A DNA stretch of 64,000 bases, taken from contig JAUIJL010000005.1 of NCBI GenBank assembly GCA_030431255.1, positions 29,313 to 93,312 of the forward strand, in the 5' to 3' direction. Positions 26,406 through 35,591 of this stretch are shown piece by piece; position 1 is the first letter of the stretch; every line of letters begins with the position of its first letter. The position numbers were made by a program, and so were the translations under genes. The DNA is from Thermoanaerobaculia bacterium (GTDB lineage: Bacteria; Acidobacteriota; Thermoanaerobaculia; Multivoradales; J023). The notes under the pieces were generated by a model. The model was not told where the DNA came from. It ran no database searches and worked only from the letters and a program-made list of their open reading frames with translations.

Positions 26406-29036
26406 TCAGAATTGGATGATTCGAGGCGTGATGAAGATCATCAGCTCGTTGTTGTCGTCACTACGATTGCGGTTCTTAAACAGGTGCCCGAGAATCGGCA
26501 CCCTCGCCAGGCCGGGGACCCGGTCTTGGCTTTGGTTCGACGACACCTCGTAGATACCGCCGATGACCGCGGTCGCACCATCGCGCACACGAACTTTGGT
26601 TCTCGCGTCTCGGGTGGAGATCGGAGCACCGCTGGCGCCTACGAAGAGCAAGCCGAGCTGCGGAATTCGCTTGGCGACGTTGATGTTGAGCACCACGGTT
26701 CCGTCCGCCGCGACCTGTGGGGTGACCCGCAAGCGCAGGGTGGCGTTGACGAATTGAACCGAAACGGTTCGATCCGACACGGTTTGGATCGGGATCTGAA
26801 CGCCACTTTGGATAGAAGCAGAGTTGTTGTTGAGGGTCGTGATCCGCGGCGCCGAAACGATGTTGATCAGACCTTCGGCTTCCGCCGCCACCAGCTGGGC
26901 ATTCAACCGGAACGTGTCCAGAATGTTGCCCATGGCGAAATTCAAGAAGCCGGTGGAGCCACCCGTGATCAAGCCGACGCCACCGTCACCGCTGACGTTA
27001 TTCGGGAATTGAAGACCCGTGGTGTTGCCGTTCTGATTGTTGGCGGTGAAGTTGAAGCCCCATGCAATACCCAGAGATCGGCTGAAGCTCTTGGTCGCCT
27101 CGACGATCCGCGCCTCGATAGTCACCTGTGGCGACGGGGTATCCAAGCTGTCGATCACCGCCAGCACCGTGTCGATGTTGTCCGGCAGCTCGCGGATGAT
27201 CAGGGTGTTGGTCCGGGAGTCGACCTGGACCGATCCCCGGCGGCTGAGGATGTTGCCGGAGCGGCTGCGCAGCAGCCGGGCGGTGGTTCCGGCGCGCGCG
27301 TAGCTCAGGCTGCGCATCACCGTCCGCAAGGGAATGGACTTTTGACGGGCCCGGCGCAGCCGACGCTGCTCTTCAGCTTCCTGACGCAGCTTCTTGGTCG
27401 GAGCGATGCGGACGATGGTGCCGTCGATATCCATGCCCAAGTTGTTGATCTTCAGGATCTGCTCCATCGCCTGATCCCAGGGCACGCCCTTGAGCTCAAC
27501 GGTCACCGTGCCGCGAACGCCGGGTTGGATGACGAAGTTGAGATCGCTGATCTTGGCGAACGAGCGAAGGGTCTCCACCAAGTCCGCATTCTTCAGCGAC
27601 ATGCTGATCGGATCACCGACGTATTCCCGCTCCTGGCGGCTCACCACCAGGGGGCCGAAGGATTCGAGCAATCGTTCCTGCTTGGTGCGCCCCTGGTCGT
27701 CGAGCTCTACATTCTGAGCTTCGAAGAGGGAGACGTCCCCCGCTACCCTGCCGTTCCCTGAAATCTCGATCGGCGGGGGCTCGTAGGCGTCCGCGGCAGG
27801 CGTAGGCTCGGCAGAAGGCGACGGTGTCCATTCGGCGACCGCGGTGGTCTCCTGGGGAGCCACCACAGGCTCGTAGACATCCTCTACCTCGGGCTGGGCC
27901 TCGAAAGAATCGACGCTACCCGCGCCCGAAGCACCGGTATCGTCCATCCCAGCAACGACCTCGACCGGCTCGGGCTCCGGTTCCATCTCCTGGGTCATGG
28001 GCTCTGCTAGGGTCTCGGCGCTCGCCATCTCAGCAGCGGCGCTGTCACCGAAGCTCACCAGCATGCCATCGGCGGTACGGCTGATGCTCGGCACGGAGAA
28101 GTTGTGTAGGTCGAAAACCACTCGCGAGACCGGCTCGGGGCGCGGCTTAAACTGACCGACCCGGATTTGGTCGACGTCGGAGCTGCCGACGCGAACTGTG
28201 GAGCTGGCTCCGGTGTTGACGACACCGGTCAGATCCACCACAAAGCGGTCCGGATTCTCGAGGCGGAAAGTCGAGTAGGTGAAGTCACCATCACCGCTGA
28301 TCTGCACCACGGTTGAGCTGCCGGCGCTCAGCACCTCGACACCGTAGAGCTGGGAGGCGGTGACGCCTTGGGGCGAAGGTCCGAGCTGCGGAGCCTCGGG
28401 GGTTCCATAGGTCTGCGGCACTGCGGCAGAAGCGACTGGTGGCGGCGCTGCCACTGGATCGGCCGCCATGGGCTCGGAATCGGCCACCAAGGTTTCGACC
28501 TCGGGCTCGTCGATGGGCTCATAAGCTAGGGTCACGTCCTGAGCGCTGTCGATGGGCAGCAGCTCCAGACGCAAGATGTTGCCGTCGCCGGTGAGGGAGT
28601 GCTCACTCGCGGAGCTGGTACGAACCACGAATCGGGTCAGCGGACGCTCGGCGTCGTCCAGACGCTCGATCTCGATGTCGCTGACCAAGCCATCGGCGGT
28701 GGCTTTAGGGCTCACTGCGGCGCCTGCCAGGCTGTTGGGTAGCTCGACGACAAGGTCACCGTCGGGATTCCTGAAGCTGGTCCAGACCAGCGGGCGATCG
28801 GCAACCAATTCAATCGACGCGCTCCGGCCGTCGTCGTCGACGCGAAGATCGTCGATATTCGCCGGGGTCCGAACCTGGGCCGTAACCCCCGCGTTCGACG
28901 ACTGCGCCCCTGACTGCGCGCTGACGTCAGCTCGCTGCCGCTTGGCAGAAGAGCACCCAACATGAATGATCAGCAGAGCCATCGCGGCCGCCATGGCCAA
29001 ACGTTGACTGCTTCTCTTCTCCTTGCTCTTGCCCAT
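26406..29036 (-). CDS. pilQ: Type IV pilus secretin with AMIN domains
   Basis: LENPDRFVVDL (AMIN), VPWDQA, DSRTNTLII, QVTIEARIVEA, VPGLARVPILGHLF, ELMIFITPRI. Confidence 0.92.
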   Translation of the reverse strand: MGKSKEKRSSQRLAMAAAMALLIIHVGCSSAKRQRADVSAQSGAQSSNAGVTAQVRTPANIDDLRVDDDGRSASIELVADRPLVWTSFRNPDGDLVVELPNSLAGAAVSPKATADGLVSDIEIERLDDAERPLTRFVVRTSSASEHSLTGDGNILRLELLPIDSAQDVTLAYEPIDEPEVETLVADSEPMAADPVAAPPPVASAAVPQTYGTPEAPQLGPSPQGVTASQLYGVEVLSAGSSTVVQISGDGDFTYSTFRLENPDRFVVDLTGVVNTGASSTVRVGSSDVDQIRVGQFKPRPEPVSRVVFDLHNFSVPSISRTADGMLVSFGDSAAAEMASAETLAEPMTQEMEPEPEPVEVVAGMDDTGASGAGSVDSFEAQPEVEDVYEPVVAPQETTAVAEWTPSPSAEPTPAADAYEPPPIEISGNGRVAGDVSLFEAQNVELDDQGRTKQERLLESFGPLVVSRQEREYVGDPISMSLKNADLVETLRSFAKISDLNFVIQPGVRGTVTVELKGVPWDQAMEQILKINNLGMDIDGTIVRIAPTKKLRQEAEEQRRLRRARQKSIPLRTVMRSLSYARAGTTARLLRSRSGNILSRRGSVQVDSRTNTLIIRELPDNIDTVLAVIDSLDTPSPQVTIEARIVEATKSFSRSLGIAWGFNFTANNQNGNTTGLQFPNNVSGDGGVGLITGGSTGFLNFAMGNILDTFRLNAQLVAAEAEGLINIVSAPRITTLNNNSASIQSGVQIPIQTVSDRTVSVQFVNATLRLRVTPQVAADGTVVLNINVAKRIPQLGLLFVGASGAPISTRDARTKVRVRDGATAVIGGIYEVSSNQSQDRVPGLARVPILGHLFKNRNRSDDNNELMIFITPRIIQF

Positions 29037-29129
29037 GTCCAAATCGCCTCCGACGGATTGCCTAGAACGGATTTGCTCTAAGGTCGGTCCGCTTGGGTTT
29101 CCCATTCGATCGATTCCTCAGTCCTATTC

Positions 29130-29196
29130 GGACGGTTCCTACCGTCCCTTCTAAGGACGGTTTCCACCGTCTCCTCTACGGACGGTAATTACCGTC
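29130..29196. repeat. Three 25-bp-spaced hairpins GGACGGT-N4-ACCGTC
   Basis: Units start at 29130, 29155 and 29180; the last overlaps the pilP stop. Confidence 0.85.
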
Positions 29197-29836
29197 GCGA
29201 CGGGTACAGCCTCTTGACCACCTCGCGGAAGGGCTTCAAAGCAGTGGGGTCGTTGACACTCTGCTTGAAGACCACCTCACCTAGGGTGATTCTCACCACG
29301 TCGCCGTCCCAGAGCTCATCTCCGGGACGCAACAGAAAGCTCGTTCGTTCACTGGCGGACTTAACTTGTGCAACCGGCCCGTCATCCAAAATGAAAATGC
29401 CTTCGATCCGAAGCTCGGCGATCAACAAACCCGGAATGCCGTCCGGTCTCTCCCGCCGACCATCGTTCTTTCGTCGCTTTCTCAACAACGAGCGGAAAGG
29501 ATCTCGTCGGGCTCCGGGATCGTAGGTGAAGGCGTCCGGTGAGGACAGCACCTCTTCATCCATCGCCAGGAGGTCGTCCACAGCGCCGAAATCGATGGCT
29601 TCGCCATCCACAACCGCACCGTCGGAGTCACCGTCCTCTTCGTCCGAAATCTCCGCGTCTGTATCGTCTACGTCGACGAGCTCCGCATCCGAATCGTCAT
29701 CGGCAGCCGAGAAGTCGTCGTCTTGGGCCGCAGCCAACGGTACCCAAAACAGACATAGAAGCAGGAATGCGAAAACGGACGAAGCCACCCGGAAAGGGGC
29801 AAGCTCGACCGTCCGAGAAGGCAGATGGGTGCTCAC
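29189..29836 (-). CDS. pilP: PilP-like pilus assembly protein with acidic N-terminal region
   Basis: YDPGARRDPFRSL motif; position between pilO and pilQ. Confidence 0.75.
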   Translation of the reverse strand: MSTHLPSRTVELAPFRVASSVFAFLLLCLFWVPLAAAQDDDFSAADDDSDAELVDVDDTDAEISDEEDGDSDGAVVDGEAIDFGAVDDLLAMDEEVLSSPDAFTYDPGARRDPFRSLLRKRRKNDGRRERPDGIPGLLIAELRIEGIFILDDGPVAQVKSASERTSFLLRPGDELWDGDVVRITLGEVVFKQSVNDPTALKPFREVVKRLYPSRR

Positions 29837-30435
29837 GCCTCATCCTCCTCGTTCTCGTTTCCCTGGTCGCGATCAATGTAGAGGAACGTCTTCATCGTGA
29901 ATGTCGCGGAGATGGTTTGGTTACGCCGCTTTTTCCCACGTTTGGCCTTGATGCTCAGCTTGTCGACGTTGATGATGCGCGAGAATCGGGAGACTCGATC
30001 GAAGAAGAGCGCCAGGTTGTGGTACGAGCCGGTGAGCCGGACTTGAATGGGCCACTCGTAGTAGAACTCGCGCTCCGACCGACGCCGAGGAGTGAAGCTG
30101 AGCAAGGTGAAGTCTCCCTGCTCCGTCAATGTGCGGATCCGGCGCAGCAGATCTTGGGTCTTGCGCTGAGCCGGCAACACCTTGAGCAGCTTGTCGAGCT
30201 CCAGCTGCAGGCGGCTGACCTCTTCTCGGAATTGAGGAAGGCTCTTCTGTGCCGTGCGACCCTCGTTGATCTTCTTCTCGAGCTTGGTGAGATTCTTCTT
30301 CTTCTTGACGATTTCCTTTTTCAAGGAAGTCACGGCCGTCGCATGGATGAGAAACACCAAGATCCCGGTGATCACCACGGCAACCGCCGCTGAGATGTAC
30401 CAAGGCTTACCTTCTAGACCTGTTTGTACCGCCAT
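29833..30435 (-). CDS. pilO: Type IV pilus assembly protein PilO
   Basis: FYYEWPIQVRLTGSYHNLALFFDRVSRFSRII. Confidence 0.9.
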   Translation of the reverse strand: MAVQTGLEGKPWYISAAVAVVITGILVFLIHATAVTSLKKEIVKKKKNLTKLEKKINEGRTAQKSLPQFREEVSRLQLELDKLLKVLPAQRKTQDLLRRIRTLTEQGDFTLLSFTPRRRSEREFYYEWPIQVRLTGSYHNLALFFDRVSRFSRIINVDKLSIKAKRGKKRRNQTISATFTMKTFLYIDRDQGNENEEDEA

Positions 30436-30452
30436 TTCTTCTCTCCTAGATC

Positions 30453-31061
30453 TCAGGTCTCGTCCGCTTGGGTGGCGTCTTCACCAGAAGGAGGTGGCTT
30501 GGGAAGCTGGAACCGGAAGTTGATTTGGAAGGTGTAGGTATTCCTTTTCGCCCTTCGCACATTGCGGGTATCCGGCTCCTTGAACTCGGGCACCAAGCTG
30601 AGGTTCTCGATGAACGTGGCGATGGCATTGGTATTCAGAGCTTGACCCGAGAGTCGGACCCGCTTACCTCTCACGTTCATGGATTTCAGCCAGACCAGAT
30701 CGGGCAACGCCCGAGACACCCTATCCATGAGATGAACCGGCCCGCGCCGTTTCGCCGTCAGCTCGTTGATCAGATCGATTTTGGTGTTCAGTCGGCGACG
30801 TTTCCGTTTGAAGACTCGAACCTCTTTGAGAATCGGCTTGAGCTCTTTGACCTCCGCGCGAGCCCGCCTGATATCCGACTGCAGACTCTTGAGCTCGGAG
30901 TTGACGACCAACCACCAGCACAGGCCGACCAACAGGCCGACGACCACTCCGGCAGCGAGGATATAGATCGAGGGATCCTGTTCCCCGATATTGATCCGGG
31001 ATTTGGCTTTCCGGGCGACAACCGGCCGGCGGCCTTCGGAAATGAGATTAATACGGATCAT
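30453..31061 (-). CDS. pilN: Type IV pilus assembly protein PilN
   Basis: MIRINL start, one TM helix, LPDLVWL. Confidence 0.9.
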   Translation of the reverse strand: MIRINLISEGRRPVVARKAKSRINIGEQDPSIYILAAGVVVGLLVGLCWWLVVNSELKSLQSDIRRARAEVKELKPILKEVRVFKRKRRRLNTKIDLINELTAKRRGPVHLMDRVSRALPDLVWLKSMNVRGKRVRLSGQALNTNAIATFIENLSLVPEFKEPDTRNVRRAKRNTYTFQINFRFQLPKPPPSGEDATQADET

Positions 31062-31064
31062 GGT

Positions 31065-32117
31065 TTAGTCACCTACCCGGCGGATCGCCAATCCCACCGA
31101 CACCGCCAGCATCGGCGCGATGGCTTCTAAATAGTCGGGATCGAAATCTTTGTAGCTCACTTTGCGCAGGGGATTCAGCAGCTCTGTCGGAACACCGAAT
31201 CGCTCTCGGAGCACTTCGAGAAGATTCGCCGTCAATGCGCAGCCCCCGGAAAGCACCAACTCATCGACCGCGCCCTCACTCGAGGTGGCGCTGAAGAAGT
31301 CGAAGGTCTTTTGGATCTCGTTGGCCATTTCCTCAGAGACGTTGTCGAGCACCCGACGAGCGTCGGCCGCTGAATAGGAGCCGACGGTCTCACCGCGCTT
31401 GAGCAGCTCGGCTTGGTCGAAGGAGAGGTTGAACTCGCGCTGAAGGGCTTCGGTGAATTGATTGCCACCGAAGGAGATATCGCGCCAGAAGACGCTGCTT
31501 CCGCGAACCACCATGTTGATGTTGGTGACGCCCGCACCCATGTTGATCAGCGCGACGTTTTTCAGCGGATCGAGATCGTAATTGAGCTCGTAGGCGTTCT
31601 GGATGGCGAAGGCGTCGATATCGACGATGACCGGGGACTTGCCGCTCTGGGAGATGACCGACACGTAGTCGTTGACTTTCTCTCGCTTCACGGCCACCAG
31701 CAGCACTTCCATCTCTTCCTGGCCGTGCTCGGCCTCGCCAAGGGTCACATAGTCGAGCCGGACGTCGTTGATGTCGAAGGGAATATGCTGCTCGGCTTCC
31801 CATTGAATCGACTCGTCGAGCTCGTCGGGCGACATCTGGGGAAGCTCGATCTTTTTGATAATCACCGAGTGACCCGAGACCGACGTCGCGAAGTTGGCGC
31901 TCTTGACCTTGGCGGTTTCGTTCAGCTTCTGGATCGCATCGACCACCAATGAGGAGTCCATGATCGAGCCATCGACGATCGCCTCGGGAGACAGCGGCTC
32001 AATTCCAATGCGTTGCAGCTGGTATTGCCCGCCTTTCTTCTCTTTCAGCTCGATGAGCTTAATCGTAGCGCTGCCGATGTCTAGACCGACGACTCCTTTG
32101 GAGCGAGCGAAAAACAC
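31065..32117 (-). CDS. pilM: Type IV pilus assembly protein PilM
   Basis: VGLDIGS, EAEQHIPF, LSGG, VGLAIR; GTG start with AGAGG RBS. Confidence 0.92.
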   Translation of the reverse strand: MFFARSKGVVGLDIGSATIKLIELKEKKGGQYQLQRIGIEPLSPEAIVDGSIMDSSLVVDAIQKLNETAKVKSANFATSVSGHSVIIKKIELPQMSPDELDESIQWEAEQHIPFDINDVRLDYVTLGEAEHGQEEMEVLLVAVKREKVNDYVSVISQSGKSPVIVDIDAFAIQNAYELNYDLDPLKNVALINMGAGVTNINMVVRGSSVFWRDISFGGNQFTEALQREFNLSFDQAELLKRGETVGSYSAADARRVLDNVSEEMANEIQKTFDFFSATSSEGAVDELVLSGGCALTANLLEVLRERFGVPTELLNPLRKVSYKDFDPDYLEAIAPMLAVSVGLAIRRVGD

Positions 32118-32466
32118 TGATCGCGTGCCTCTTTGGTCGTTGGGCGGCGGCCCCATGCCGTGCCCGAAAAGACTGTATTGATGCCAACTTAACTCAATTC
32201 CTTCAAGCGTTTTGGGAGCGTAGCAGTCGGTCTCGCGCGGTGTCAAGATCGACTCATTCGCTTTTTGCTATATCCGGACACCTTTTGACGTAGCAATTTG
32301 CTCGAAAGCTCGGTTCCGGGCACCACATAAGGTATGACACCATTGCCACACTACAATATACAGTAGCCTGGCGACAAATTGGCTCACCGGCTCGGCGAGG
32401 CTGCCATTTTGATCAAGAAAACTTCGAGCTGGGAGCACCGACCCCCTTGGATGGGGCCCGTAATCG

Positions 32467-34695
32467 TCACTTCCTCCTGGACGAGGATCGCACGGAGCTG
32501 CGCATCTCGCGCATGACTCGGATGACCCCCTCCAGGGACTCGAAAGCCGTGCACATGCGGTCCAGGTGCTTGCGGTTGCGCACCTCGACCACGAAGGTGA
32601 TCAACCCTCGTCCGGTCTCGGTATCGGCTTCGAATTGGCGGATGTTGCTTCCTTCCTTGGCGATGACTTCCGTCAGGCGCGCCAACATCCCCTTCTGGTC
32701 TTCGGTTTCCAGGGTCAAGGAAACCGGGAAGAACTGCCCCGAGCTGGGCTGTCGTGCCCACTCCACCTCGATCAGGCGGCTTTCATCGAATGACAAGGTC
32801 TTGAGATTGGGGCATTCCAAAGAATGGACGGTGATGCCCCGACCACGGGTCACATAGCCCATCAAGTCGTCGCCGGGCACCGGACGGCAGCATTTGGCCA
32901 GGCTGGCCATCAGGTCGCCATGGCCCTTGATGATCAGCGGACCTGCCCCGGTCACCCGATCGACGGCCCGGCGAATGGGTCCCGGCGGCTCGGGAGCGGG
33001 TGGGGTTTCCAGTTGTTGCTCGTCGAGCAACGCATCCAGAACTTGGCGATAGGAGACCCGCCCATAAGCCAGCCGATAGTAGAGATCGTCGAGCTTGGAG
33101 AGCCCTTCCCGCTGCAGATATTCCTCGAGCTTCGGGCCTGCCAGGACCTTCTTCGGTTGGAGACGCAGCTTGCGCAGCTCCCTCTCCATGATCTTTCGAC
33201 CGATGGCCTGGGCCTCTTCCTTTTGCTGGGTGTTGAGCCAGTGCCGAATTTTGCTGCGGGCCCGCGAGGTGGCGACGATGTTGAGCCAGTCGCGGCTCGG
33301 CCGACGTTGGGGAGAAGTGATGATCTCCACCATATCGCCGTTGGCTAGGGGAGTTTTGAGCGGCACCAACTTGCCGTTCACCCTCGCGCCGGTGCATTGG
33401 TGCCCGACATCGGTGTGGATGTGATAGGCAAAATCGAGCGGCGTGGCGCCTCGAGGGAAGCTGCTGACATCGCCTTTGGGGCTGAATACATACACTTCGT
33501 CCGGGTACAGATCTATCTTGAGCGCGGACAAGAACTCTCGTGGGTCTTTGACCTCTTTTTGCCATTCCAACAGCTGACGCAGCCAGAGGATATTCCGATC
33601 ATTGGAGCCTTGGCTCGAGCCCGCGCTCTTATATTGCCAATGGGCGGCGATCCCCTCTTCGGCGATCGTATCCATTTCCCGGGTTCGGATTTGGACCTCG
33701 AACGGCTGCCCTTTGCCCCCCACCACCGTGGTGTGCAGGGATTGATAGAGATTCGGCTTGGGCATCGCGATGTAATCTTTAAATCGGCCCGGAATCGGAC
33801 GCCAATTCTGATGCACCACTCCGAAGGCGGCGTAAGTATCCTTCAGGTCGTGGGTAATGATGCGAAACGCCAAGAAATCATAGAGCTGAGAAATATCGAT
33901 GCCTTGGCGTTGGAGCTTTCGAAAAATAGAGTAGTAGCGCTTGACCCGATAGCTGATTTCGGCATCGATATCGGCGGCGTCGAGGGCGTCTTTCAGGCGA
34001 CGTGCAATGCGTTGAAGCAGCCCGCGGGCGCTGCGCATCTTGTCGCGAACTTTGGTGTCGAGCTCGCCGAATTGACGCGGATAGCGAAAATAAAAAGCCA
34101 GGTCCTCGAGATCCCCCTGCACCCGCGACATACCGAGACGGGAGGCGATCGGCGAGTAGATCTCGAGGGTCTCACCGGCGATTCTGCGCTTTGCCTCCGG
34201 AGACATATGCTCCAAGGTCATCATATTGTGCAACCGGTCCGCCAGCTTGACGAGAATGACCCGCAAGTCCCGAGCGGAAGCCAAGATCATCTTGCGAAAG
34301 GTCTCGGCCTGAAGCTCATCCCGACGCACATACTCCGTCTTGCTGATTTTCGTCACGCCGTCCACCAGCTCGGCCACATCCTTGCCGAATTCCTTTTCGA
34401 GCACCGACTTGGTGGTCAGAGTGTCCTCCAGCACGTCGTGCAACAAGCCGACAGCGACACAAGTCTCATCAAACTTCAAATCAGCCAACAAATAGGCCAC
34501 GTAGATCGGATGGGTGACGTAAGGCTCGCCGGATTTACGCTTTTGATCCCGATGTTTTTCCTCGGTGAAATCGTAAACACTCTTGAGGAAAACTTCGTCA
34601 TACCCACGTCCATGGTGATTCAGCCGCTCGAAAATGGTTTCGAGATCGACCTTGCGCCGCGGACGCACCGGGGGTTTGGGGAGCTTCTTCGTCAT
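32467..34695 (-). CDS. relA: Bifunctional (p)ppGpp synthetase/hydrolase (RelA/SpoT)
   Basis: RKSGEPYVTHP, LLHDVLED, KLADRLHNM, YQSLHTT, EVQIRT; TGS and ACT domains. Confidence 0.93.
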   Translation of the reverse strand: MTKKLPKPPVRPRRKVDLETIFERLNHHGRGYDEVFLKSVYDFTEEKHRDQKRKSGEPYVTHPIYVAYLLADLKFDETCVAVGLLHDVLEDTLTTKSVLEKEFGKDVAELVDGVTKISKTEYVRRDELQAETFRKMILASARDLRVILVKLADRLHNMMTLEHMSPEAKRRIAGETLEIYSPIASRLGMSRVQGDLEDLAFYFRYPRQFGELDTKVRDKMRSARGLLQRIARRLKDALDAADIDAEISYRVKRYYSIFRKLQRQGIDISQLYDFLAFRIITHDLKDTYAAFGVVHQNWRPIPGRFKDYIAMPKPNLYQSLHTTVVGGKGQPFEVQIRTREMDTIAEEGIAAHWQYKSAGSSQGSNDRNILWLRQLLEWQKEVKDPREFLSALKIDLYPDEVYVFSPKGDVSSFPRGATPLDFAYHIHTDVGHQCTGARVNGKLVPLKTPLANGDMVEIITSPQRRPSRDWLNIVATSRARSKIRHWLNTQQKEEAQAIGRKIMERELRKLRLQPKKVLAGPKLEEYLQREGLSKLDDLYYRLAYGRVSYRQVLDALLDEQQLETPPAPEPPGPIRRAVDRVTGAGPLIIKGHGDLMASLAKCCRPVPGDDLMGYVTRGRGITVHSLECPNLKTLSFDESRLIEVEWARQPSSGQFFPVSLTLETEDQKGMLARLTEVIAKEGSNIRQFEADTETGRGLITFVVEVRNRKHLDRMCTAFESLEGVIRVMREMRSSVRSSSRRK

Positions 34696-34722
34696 CGATC
34701 GTGCCGAGGGAACGGGTTGGGA

Positions 34723-35382
34723 TCAGCCTCCGGCTTCGTCGGCGGCTTCGTCGACGGCCGGGGCGCTTTCGACGACCTCCAGCTCTCCAAGCACACTGAA
34801 GAGCTGTTCCGTCAAGCGCGCTTTAGAATCGTCCCCGGCTGGATAGTTGTAAACCATTCGCAGCTCGCGATCGCCTTTCGGATGGACGATGAAGATCGCC
34901 GTTTCTTCCAAAGTCCGACCGCCCTCGGTGTACTGCCCCCGGGAATAGAAGGCGGTGCCCAGCTGGGAGCCCAGCTCCCTTTGACCTTTGAACACACCGT
35001 CAGGGCGGGCTTCGAGATCCGCCTTATGGCGCTCGACCGCGGCGACCAGGTTGATGCCACCGGTTTCGGCTTCGGACTCGTGAATTCTGAGGGTGCCTTC
35101 GACTTGGGGATCGGCGGGCACCAGCTCGATGACCGAGCCCTCGTTGGAGCTCAGCTTGAAGAACGCGGGAACGTCCGCGACCGCCATGCCGAGCTCCGCA
35201 TTCTCCACCCGCTCGCCCTTCGCTGCTGCCTCCTCCGTCTGGGGCTCCTCGGTGGGAGCACAAGCCGACAAAGCGACGACGACCCATAAGATGGAGCTGA
35301 TTCTGGCCAGGGTGACGAGACTCGATCGGAAGGACGTAGACCGGACGGATGTAATCTTAAAGGACATCGAGAAAGAGAACAT
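34723..35382 (-). CDS. Hypothetical lipoprotein (start uncertain)
   Basis: Hydrophobic stretch ending LSAC; coding-like composition. Confidence 0.6.
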   Translation of the reverse strand: MFSFSMSFKITSVRSTSFRSSLVTLARISSILWVVVALSACAPTEEPQTEEAAAKGERVENAELGMAVADVPAFFKLSSNEGSVIELVPADPQVEGTLRIHESEAETGGINLVAAVERHKADLEARPDGVFKGQRELGSQLGTAFYSRGQYTEGGRTLEETAIFIVHPKGDRELRMVYNYPAGDDSKARLTEQLFSVLGELEVVESAPAVDEAADEAGG

Positions 35383-35591
35383 TGAGAAGCTCCACGTTGA
35401 TCTAAATTCTGAGCCCGGTTCGAGAGCGACAGACTACCCTACCGGTACCTTTTCGGCCCCTGCTCAAAGAAGCCGAGAATCATTTCGACCCGAATATACT
35501 TCAGTTTGAGCCGGTCTGCAGACTGTCGGAGGGCGGCCCTGGGGATAAGACACCAATCACCGAAGCCCGAGCTTGTCGCCGAAGCCCGGGG

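Noticed and set aside
26370..27761. 463-aa plus-strand ORF
   Set aside because: Antisense shadow of pilQ
32120..32460. Sigma-54 promoter for pilM
   Set aside because: TGGCA hits lack a correctly spaced -12 GC element
33397..35289. 630-aa plus-strand ORF
   Set aside because: Antisense shadow of relA/spoT in GC-rich DNA; no motifs
35390..35590. Possible tRNA or small RNA in the intergenic region
   Set aside because: No cloverleaf or T-loop motif recognisable
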